A stretch of DNA of 59,904 nucleotides, the filler included. It is 6 parts of 6 records of this genome, joined end to end, with 100 filler letters (N's around TTAATTAATTAA, not from the genome) between each part and the next. Parts side by side here need not be neighbours in the genome. Positions count along the whole stretch, not along the records: positions 21,808 to 38,044 come from DRR723986_5556; positions 38,145 to 44,962 come from DRR723986_5557; 4 more parts are not named here. One strand, given 5' to 3'. The position numbers and the translations under genes are program-made. The number at the start of each line of letters is the position of its first letter. The first letter of the stretch is position 1. This document shows positions 33,078 through 39,670 of the stretch, piece by piece. Under the pieces are notes generated by a model. The model had not been told where the DNA came from and made no database searches. It was given only the letters and a program-made list of their open reading frames with translations.

Positions 33078-34181
33078 TCAGGACGCCAGTTTCAGGTAGA
33101 AGGCGTAAAGCTTCGGCAGGATCGAGGCCGGTTCCGGGTGCCCCAGCGCCTGCGCGGCCTGGTAGGGCCATGCCGGGTCGCGCAGCAACCCGCGCGCCAG
33201 CGCCACGAGGTCGGCCTTGCCGCTTGCGACGATCTCATTGGCCATCTCGGCCTCGGTGATCATGCCCACGGCTGCCGTGGCCATGTTGCATTCGGCGCGG
33301 ATGCGCTCGGCATAGGGCACCTGAAAGCCCGGCTCGGGCTTTTGCTGCGCCAGCCGCATGCCCGCCGGGATGCCGCCACCCGAGGCGTCGATCAGGTCGA
33401 CGCCCTCGGCCTTCAGCGCGTGGGACAGGGCAACGGTGTCGTCCAGCGTCAGGCTGCCGCCTTCGCCGTCCACGCAGGAGGCGCGGTACAAGAGCGGCAT
33501 GTCGGCGGGCAGCGCCGCGCGCACGGCGCGGGCGACCTCGACCGGCAGCCGCATCCGGTTCTCCACCGGGCCGCCGTAGTCATCGGTGCGCTTGTTCGAG
33601 AAGGACGACATGAACTCATGCAGCAGGTAGCCGTGGGCGCCGTGGATCTCGACCCCGTCGAAGCCTGCCTCGACAGCGCGTTCGGCGGCGCGGGCAAAGT
33701 CGCTGACGATGGCGGCGATATCCTCCACCTCCAGCGGCTGCGGGACGTGCCAGCCCTCGCGGGCGGGTACGGCAGAGGGCGCGTAGGTCTGCCACGGCGG
33801 CTCTGCGCTGCCCGGCTCCAGCGGCCCGCCGCCGTCCCATGGCCGCATGGTCGAGGACTTGGCGCCGGCGTGGTTGATCTGCACGAAGACCGGGATGCCC
33901 TGCGCGCGGTAGAGGTCGGTGATCCCGCGCCACGCGGCGACCTGCGCGTCGGTGTAAAGGCCGGTGCAGCCGGGGCTGATCCGGCCTTCGGGAGAGATGC
34001 CGGTCGCCTCGACCACCACCGAGCCCACGCCCGAGGTGGCATAGCGCCCGTGATGCGCGCGGTGCCAGTCGTTCGGCACGCCGTCCACGGCCTGATACTG
34101 GCACATCGGCGCCATCATGATCCGGTTCGGGAAGGTCACGCCGCGCAGGGTGAAGGGGGTGAAGAGGGGCAGATCGCTCAT
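33078..34181 (-). CDS. NADH:flavin oxidoreductase (Old Yellow Enzyme, YqjM-like)
   Basis: NRIMMAPMCQY, EIHGAHGYLL, NKRTDDYGG and LARGLLRDP. Confidence 0.9.
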   Translation of the reverse strand: MSDLPLFTPFTLRGVTFPNRIMMAPMCQYQAVDGVPNDWHRAHHGRYATSGVGSVVVEATGISPEGRISPGCTGLYTDAQVAAWRGITDLYRAQGIPVFVQINHAGAKSSTMRPWDGGGPLEPGSAEPPWQTYAPSAVPAREGWHVPQPLEVEDIAAIVSDFARAAERAVEAGFDGVEIHGAHGYLLHEFMSSFSNKRTDDYGGPVENRMRLPVEVARAVRAALPADMPLLYRASCVDGEGGSLTLDDTVALSHALKAEGVDLIDASGGGIPAGMRLAQQKPEPGFQVPYAERIRAECNMATAAVGMITEAEMANEIVASGKADLVALARGLLRDPAWPYQAAQALGHPEPASILPKLYAFYLKLAS

Positions 34182-35116
34182 GCCGCCTTGGCCTCCAGCT
34201 CATCCATCAGGCGGTCGAGGTCGTCCATGATGCCCTTGAGCTTTTCCGCCTTGGCCAGATCCTCGGCGCCCAGCGAGGCGAAGGTGGTCAGCGGCGGGCG
34301 CACGTCGCCGACGGGGTAGCCCGCCTTGGCCGCGAGCGCCTTGGAATAGCACTGGTGGCCGTAGGTCGGATGGCCCTCGGCGATGACGTGTTCGATCACC
34401 GTGATGTGGCGCTGGATGCGCTTGGCATCCTCGATCCGGCCCGCCAGCAGCAGGTCCCAGATGCGGGTGGAGGCGCGTGGGATGTAGTTGCCGAAGGGGT
34501 TCACGTAGCCGACCGCGCCCAGAAGGAAGCTTTCGACGATGCGCTCTCCGGCGAAGACGTTCATCACGCCCTCGGTTTCCTCGATGATGTCGTAGACGCG
34601 GGCGACGTCCATCGACGCCTCCTTGATGTAGCGCACCGTGTCGAAGGCGCGGGTCAGGCGGCCGACCAGCCTGGCGGACATGTCGACATTCGACGTGACC
34701 GGGTTGTTGTAGAGCATGATCGGAAGATCGCAGGTCTTCGTGATCGTGTCGTAATAGCCCATGATCTCGTCTTCGGTGGGCGTGTAGTAATAGGGCGGAA
34801 TGATCATCAGCCCCTGCGCGCCGGCCTCTTCCGCCTCGCGCGCATAGCGCGCGGCAGTGGGGGAATGCGCGTTGGCCGCGCCCACCAGTACGTCGATGCG
34901 GCCGTTCACATGGGCCAGCGTGTCCTCGATGTAGCGGCGGCGCTCGTCATCGGTGACGGTCAGGAACTCGCCCGAGGTGCCGAGGATGATGATCCCGGGC
35001 ACGCCCTGCGAAATCTGCCAGTCGATGAACTTGCGGTTGGCCGCGAGGTCGATGTCGCCGCCATCCGCCGTGAAGGGGGTGACGTTGACGGAATAGCTTC
35101 CGCGAAACTCTTTCAT
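34178..35116 (-). CDS. dihydrodipicolinate synthase-family lyase/aldolase
   Basis: TPF, GTSGE, MLYNNP and the Schiff-base Lys in YIKEAS. Confidence 0.88.
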   Translation of the reverse strand: MKEFRGSYSVNVTPFTADGGDIDLAANRKFIDWQISQGVPGIIILGTSGEFLTVTDDERRRYIEDTLAHVNGRIDVLVGAANAHSPTAARYAREAEEAGAQGLMIIPPYYYTPTEDEIMGYYDTITKTCDLPIMLYNNPVTSNVDMSARLVGRLTRAFDTVRYIKEASMDVARVYDIIEETEGVMNVFAGERIVESFLLGAVGYVNPFGNYIPRASTRIWDLLLAGRIEDAKRIQRHITVIEHVIAEGHPTYGHQCYSKALAAKAGYPVGDVRPPLTTFASLGAEDLAKAEKLKGIMDDLDRLMDELEAKAA

Positions 35117-35135
35117 GGTCTGTCTCTCTCAGGGA

Positions 35136-35966
35136 TTACAGCGCCGACCAGCCGTGGTCGGCGAGGATGGCGTGGGATTTGCGATAGTCGCCGTCGGGAT
35201 CGTTGGCCGGGTCGTTGGCGTCGGCGATGATCTCGAGCACCGTGACCTTGTCATAGCCGATGTCCTTCAGCGCCTGCATGGTGGGGCCGGGATCGACGAT
35301 GCCGGTGCCGAGGCATTCGTGCTTGAACACATCCGCCGGGGTGTCCGAGATGTGGACGTTCTCGACCAGATCGCCCAGCATCCGGATCGCCGCCGCCGGG
35401 TCTTCCTTGATGTAGACGGAATTGCAGACGTCGAAATTCACGCCCACGTCGCCGATCCGCTCGCAGAGATGCTTCATGTCCTCCGCGCTGGGGCGGTGGG
35501 TGAAGGGCACGTTCTCCAGCAGGATGCGGACGCCCGCGCCCTTGGCATGCTCCACCACCTTCTGCGCGCTTTCGACGAACCAGTCGTCCAGCCACTCCTT
35601 CGGTGGGTCGATGAGGCCGCCGTAGACGCCGGGGATCATCACCACATAGGGGCAGGATAGCTCGGCCGAGAGGTCGATGGCCTCTTTGTAGCGGTCCACC
35701 GTGTAGTCGCGCATCAAGCGGTCGGGCGCGTTCGGGTTGTTGTCGATCAGCGGGTAGCAGAACGAGGTGATCTGCGTGCCCTCGCCATCGAGCCATGCCT
35801 TGTATTCCGCGCGCTGGTCTTTCGACAGGTCGGCGGGCCAGCAATGCGGCGGGAAGATCATCAGTTCGAACTTCTTGTACCCAAGCCCCTGCAGGTGCCG
35901 CAGGGACTCGAGCCCGGTCGAAGAGTAGAGATGCGGGAAGGTGCTGGCGGCGACGTCCAGAGCCAT
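35136..35966 (-). CDS. sugar phosphate isomerase/epimerase (AP endonuclease 2 TIM barrel)
   Basis: LLENVP, NFDVCN, VHISD and VLEI metal ligands. Confidence 0.8.
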   Translation of the reverse strand: MALDVAASTFPHLYSSTGLESLRHLQGLGYKKFELMIFPPHCWPADLSKDQRAEYKAWLDGEGTQITSFCYPLIDNNPNAPDRLMRDYTVDRYKEAIDLSAELSCPYVVMIPGVYGGLIDPPKEWLDDWFVESAQKVVEHAKGAGVRILLENVPFTHRPSAEDMKHLCERIGDVGVNFDVCNSVYIKEDPAAAIRMLGDLVENVHISDTPADVFKHECLGTGIVDPGPTMQALKDIGYDKVTVLEIIADANDPANDPDGDYRKSHAILADHGWSAL

Positions 35967-35998
35967 GAGGGAAACCTCCGTGTCGGTGAATTCTGTAT

Positions 35999-36032
35999 GT
36001 TCATTATGCGGACAAAAGTTACTATAGCGAAC
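35999..36032. promoter_or_regulatory. paired IclR-type operator in a divergent promoter
   Basis: GTTCATTATGCGGAC (35999) and GTTACTATAGCGAAC (36018), 19-bp period. Confidence 0.6.
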
Positions 36033-36061
36033 ACGAAGAGCGGTTCAACGGGGTTTTTGCC

Positions 36062-37177
36062 ATGCGCTACGATCTTGCGGTCATCGGTGGGGGGCTCGCC
36101 GGGACGGCGACGGCCTATTACGCGGCGCAGGCGGGCGCGCGGGTCGTCGTGATAGAGGCGCGCGACGTGAACCTAGGCGCTTCGGGGTCGAACGCGGGTT
36201 CGATCCACGCGCAGATTCCCTTCGACCCGTTCCGCCATCTGGGGGCCGACTGGGCGCGGCATTATTCCGAAGTGCTGCCGCTTTTCATCGAATCGATTGG
36301 CCTCTGGGCGGGGCTGGAGTCGGAACTGCGCGGCGACCTCGGGTTCCACGCAAAGGGCGGGCTGATGGTGGCCGGGTCCGAGGCCGAGATGGCCTTGCTG
36401 CGCGAGAAATCCGCCATCGAGCAGGCGCAGGGGCTGCGGATCGACCTGTGGGGGGCGGACGATCTGGCCGAGCGCGCGCCCTTTCTGACGGGCGGTTATC
36501 CCGGCGGTGCCTTCTGCCCGATCGAGGGCAAGGCCGACCCCTTCAAGGTTGCGCCCCTGTTCCTGAAGCGCGCGCGCGAGGCGGGGGCGGTGCTGCTGCG
36601 CAACGCGCCGGTGACGGCGATCACGCCCGAGGCGGGCGGCTTCGCGGTGACGGCGGGCGAGGTGATCCACGCCGCCCGCGTGGTCAACGCGGCGGGCGCG
36701 CAGGCGGCGGATGTGGCGCGCATGGTGGGGGTCTCGGTCCCCATAGAGGCCCATGCGATTCAGGTCAGCGTGACCGAGAAGCGGCCCCAGCTTCTGCCGT
36801 GGCTGCTGTATTTCACCTCCGAGAAGCTGACGCTGAAACAGGCGGTCGAGGGCGGCTTTCTCATCGGCGGCGGCTGGCCCGCGCGGATGCGGGGCGGGCC
36901 GGTGGTCGATCACCGCTCTACCCTGCGCAACCTCGCGCTGGCGCAGCGGCTGGTGCCGGGGCTGGCGGACGTCCAGATCGTGCGCAGCTGGGCCGCCATG
37001 GTCAACGGCACGAAGGACTGGCGCCCGGTTCTGGGCGCGGTGCCCGCCGTTCCGGGCTTCTTCCTCAACCTCTTTCCATGGATGGGCTTCACCGCCGGGC
37101 CGGTGGTGTCCAAGGCCATCGCGGCGCTGGCGCTGGGGCAGGCGCCCGATGTGGACCTGACGCCCTTCGCCCTCTGA
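36062..37177 (+). CDS. FAD-dependent oxidoreductase (DadA/SoxB-like), second paralog
   Basis: VIGGGLAG, GASGSNAGSIH, VRSWA and GFTAGP. Confidence 0.85.
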   Translation: MRYDLAVIGGGLAGTATAYYAAQAGARVVVIEARDVNLGASGSNAGSIHAQIPFDPFRHLGADWARHYSEVLPLFIESIGLWAGLESELRGDLGFHAKGGLMVAGSEAEMALLREKSAIEQAQGLRIDLWGADDLAERAPFLTGGYPGGAFCPIEGKADPFKVAPLFLKRAREAGAVLLRNAPVTAITPEAGGFAVTAGEVIHAARVVNAAGAQAADVARMVGVSVPIEAHAIQVSVTEKRPQLLPWLLYFTSEKLTLKQAVEGGFLIGGGWPARMRGGPVVDHRSTLRNLALAQRLVPGLADVQIVRSWAAMVNGTKDWRPVLGAVPAVPGFFLNLFPWMGFTAGPVVSKAIAALALGQAPDVDLTPFAL

Positions 37178-37220
37178 CCGCCTCCCCGCCGAAGGAACGG
37201 CGTTGCAAGACTCACGATTC

Positions 37221-37254
37221 GTGCGCTATACGAACAAAAGTCCGTAATACGCGA
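37221..37254. promoter_or_regulatory. paired IclR-type operator upstream of the aldehyde dehydrogenase
   Basis: GTGCGCTATACGAAC (37221) and GTCCGTAATACGCGA (37240). Confidence 0.6.
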
Positions 37255-37267
37255 AAGGGAGACTTCG

Positions 37268-38044
37268 ATGTCGGAATTGCTGCGGCAGGCCAACCTGATT
37301 GGCGGGGAATGGGTGGGGGCCGACAGCGGCGCCACTCTGGATGTCACCGATCCCTCGAGCGGCGAGGTGATCGGCACCATCCCCAACGCGGGCGCCGAGG
37401 AGACCCGCCGCGCCATCGAGGCCGCCCACGCCGCCTTTCCCGCCTTCGCCGCCAAGACGGTGACGGAACGCGCGGCGCTGTTGCGCGCGCTCTCGGCCGA
37501 GATCACCGCCCATGCGGATGAACTGGCACGCATCCTGACGATGGAGCAGGGCAAGCCGCTGGCCGAGGCGAAAGGCGAGGTGCTGTCCTCCGCCGCCTAC
37601 GTCCAGTGGTTCGCCGAGGAAATCCGCCGCGCGCGCGGCGAGGTCATCCCCTCGCCTTGGCCGGGCCGCCGTTTGATGACGACCAAGCATCCGGTCGGCG
37701 TCGTCGCGGCGATCACCCCGTGGAACTTCCCGTCGTCGATGCTGGCGCGCAAGCTGGGGCCGGCGCTGGCCGCAGGCTGCCCGGTGGTGGTGAAGCCGGC
37801 GACAGCGACGCCCTACAGCGGCCTCGCATGGGGTGTGCTGGCGGAACGGGTGGGCTTCCCCAAGGGTGTCGTCAACATCCTCACCGGCTCGGCCCGCGCC
37901 ATCGGCGGCGAGATCATGGCCAACGACAAGGTGCGCAAGGTGACCTTTACCGGCTCGACCGAGATCGGGAAGGAGCTGCTGCGCGGCGCGGCGGGCACCG
38001 TCAAGAAGGTCAGCATGGAGCTGGGCGGCAACGCGCCCTTCATC
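37268..38044 (+). CDS. NAD(P)-dependent succinate-semialdehyde dehydrogenase-like ALDH (3' truncated)
   Basis: ITPWNFP, FTGSTEIG and MELGGNAP. Confidence 0.88.
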
Positions 38045-38144
38045 NNNNNNNNNNNNNNNNNNNNNNNNNNNNNNNNNNNNNNNNNNNNTTAATTAATTAA
38101 NNNNNNNNNNNNNNNNNNNNNNNNNNNNNNNNNNNNNNNNNNNN
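38045..38144. other. artificial contig join
   Basis: N run + TTAATTAATTAA. Confidence 0.98.
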
Positions 38145-38149
38145 GCGGT

Positions 38150-38260
38150 ATAAGGCCACATTATGTAACAGCGAGTCGCAGGAAGCGGGATACAAAAGAT
38201 TATCACTTAACAGATTGAATGTTTTTGCGGCGGCCGCAGTGCCGAGGTGGCCCGCAAGGC
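38150..38260 (+). repeat. left terminal inverted repeat (25 bp perfect, ~110 bp imperfect)
   Basis: ATAAGGCCACATTATGTAACAGCGA (38150-38174) is the exact reverse complement of 44938-44962; similarity continues (CGGGATACAA, GCGGCGGCC, TGGCCCG). Confidence 0.9.
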
Positions 38261-38309
38261 AGGGGGCATGGCCGTGCCTGGAGCGGCCGGCGAGGCGCTG
38301 TGTAGATTA

Positions 38310-38425
38310 AGAGACTTGGGGTTTGGGGTTGAGTGACTGCGTGAGAGCGGAGAAAGACTTATCTATTATTATTTAAACTATTAACAGACTGACCCGGAAT
38401 CGTTAACGTCAGAGACTTGGGGTTT
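38310..38425 (+). repeat. 15-bp direct repeat pair AGAGACTTGGGGTTT
   Basis: Copies at 38310-38324 and 38411-38425. Confidence 0.7.
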
Positions 38426-38430
38426 AGTGT

Positions 38431-38623
38431 TTTACAATCCTTGTTGGGGCGGATTTAAGGCTTGAAATGCGAGCGTTGTTCAGACAGCAAAGGCATCATT
38501 AGACGTTGTTTCAATCCTTGTTGTAGCGGATGATGGAGCATTACACATAAGCTCACGGTGATGCAGTAGGACTCATTCGAGCATTTGTTTCAATCCATGT
38601 CTGGGCGGATATTTAAGCGCTTA
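38431..38623 (-). CRISPR. degenerate CRISPR-like mini-array, 3 repeats / 2 spacers, no cas genes
   Basis: Minus-strand 37-mers TAAGCGCTTAAATATCCGCCCAGACATGGATTGAAAC, GTAATGCTCCATCATCCGCTACAACAAGGATTGAAAC and TTTCAAGCCTTAAATCCGCCCCAACAAGGATTGTAAA; periods 79 and 77 bp; unique spacers of 42 and 40 nt; ATCC/GGAT stem; ATTGAAAC 3' end in two copies. Confidence 0.65.
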
Positions 38624-38960
38624 GTCCGTACGTCTTTTTTGTCTGTGCATCCCGAATCACCAAGTCGAGTAGATAGTTAACAACCTTTCTGGATTCACTC
38701 GACAGTTGCTGGATTTCCTCAAACTTCTTAAGAAGCTCCGGATCTTTGATCGTCGTTTCCTCCACGTCGTCGTTCATCAGGTAATCGATTGTCGTCCCAA
38801 GTGCGTCGGCGACTTTTTTAATGGATTGTGCCGAGGGCTGGGATGTGTCCTGCTCGTAGCGGGAAATATTCTTTTGATACAGGCCGGAAGCTTCTGCCAG
38901 CTCAAGTTGTGACATTCCTTTCTGCCGCCGCAACATCCTGATTTTTTCTCCTAACTGCAT
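38613..38960 (-). CDS. XRE family HTH transcriptional regulator
   Basis: LGEKIRMLRRQKGMSQLELAEASGLYQKNISRYEQDTSQPS...VADALGTTIDYL. Confidence 0.9.
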   Translation of the reverse strand: MQLGEKIRMLRRQKGMSQLELAEASGLYQKNISRYEQDTSQPSAQSIKKVADALGTTIDYLMNDDVEETTIKDPELLKKFEEIQQLSSESRKVVNYLLDLVIRDAQTKKTYGLSA

Positions 38961-39041
38961 ATATCTGCCTTCACGATTACTGTTTTGTCTCAATAAGTGG
39001 TAATAAAGGCACTTTTTGACTGAGTATCAAGAATAAATAGT

Positions 39042-39080
39042 CGTCTAGGGTTTGCATGCTTTAGACGGTTGTGGTATATT
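39042..39080 (+). promoter_or_regulatory. sigma70-type promoter of the symE-primase operon with a flanking inverted repeat (putative XRE operator)
   Basis: TTGCAT (39052) and TATATT (39075) separated by 17 bp, with TG in the extended -10 position; CGTCTA (39042) / TAGACG (39062) arms bracket the -35. Confidence 0.6.
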
Positions 39081-39159
39081 GAGCGCAAATGTGTCTAGCG
39101 AAAAAGTTTTCCACACCCAGGGAAACAGGTCTGAAATCACATCAAAACCACGAGGAATT

Positions 39160-39444
39160 ATGCCAAACGATCAAATCCGTACGCGCAAACTGCAGCCCAA
39201 GTACTGCCGGCGTCTTGGCGGCGATAGCGTTGTTCCGAGTCTGCACCTTGCGGGCGTATGGCTGGAGAAGCGCGGCTTCCAGGTCGGCGATATCGTTGAG
39301 ATCATCGAGCGCGACGGTTTACTGATCATCCAGTCCTTGCGTGATGAGTCTGCCGAACTGCGTGCGGCGCGGCAGGAACTGCGTGATATTAAACAAGGCA
39401 TCAAGGCATTGTCTGCAAATGGACAGGAGGAGCTCAATGTCTGA
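39160..39444 (+). CDS. SymE-family (AbrB-fold) toxin-like protein
   Basis: VPSLHLAGVWLEKRGFQVGDIVEIIERDGLLII; GAGGA RBS. Confidence 0.8.
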   Translation: MPNDQIRTRKLQPKYCRRLGGDSVVPSLHLAGVWLEKRGFQVGDIVEIIERDGLLIIQSLRDESAELRAARQELRDIKQGIKALSANGQEELNV

Positions 39445-39670
39445 ACCTTGTGTTTTCTCCGGTCACATGAACGCTGTGAGTATTGACTATGATGACGGCC
39501 ACGGTGAGCTGGTTCCGCAGCTGTCGATGTACGGTGCGGAACTGGCGGATGCCGGTTTTCCGATCGGCGAGGAGATTGCGATCATTATCGAAGAGCGGAT
39601 GTTAATCATTGTTCCGCGTTCGCGCGTTGGTGAACGGGCGGCGGCGGTCTCTACGGCGCAGGTGGTGTGA
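39437..39670 (+). CDS. second SymE-like protein
   Basis: VPQLSMYGAELADAGFPIGEEIAIIIEERMLII aligns by eye with the upstream SymE core; GGAGGAG RBS. Confidence 0.6.
   Translation: MSEPCVFSGHMNAVSIDYDDGHGELVPQLSMYGAELADAGFPIGEEIAIIIEERMLIIVPRSRVGERAAAVSTAQVV

Noticed and set aside
30864-34319. 1151-aa plus-strand ORF
   Set aside because: Antisense shadow of the GAF kinase, GST and OYE genes, which have clear family motifs
38497-38507. Start of spacer 2 (AACGTCTAATG) matches the symE promoter minus strand (ACCGTCTAAAG, 39059-39069) at 9/11, hinting at crRNA-guided self-repression
   Set aside because: Too short to distinguish from chance, has a mismatch at seed position 2, and has no recognisable PAM; worth rechecking only if homologs conserve it
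38431-38623. Alternative reading of the mini-array as a type III toxin-antitoxin (ToxI-like) repeat RNA
   Set aside because: Units are separated by unique 40-42 nt spacers rather than being tandem, and no ToxN-like gene is adjacent
37268-38960. Apparent insertion of the mobile element into the aldehyde dehydrogenase gene
   Set aside because: The two are on different contigs separated by an artificial join
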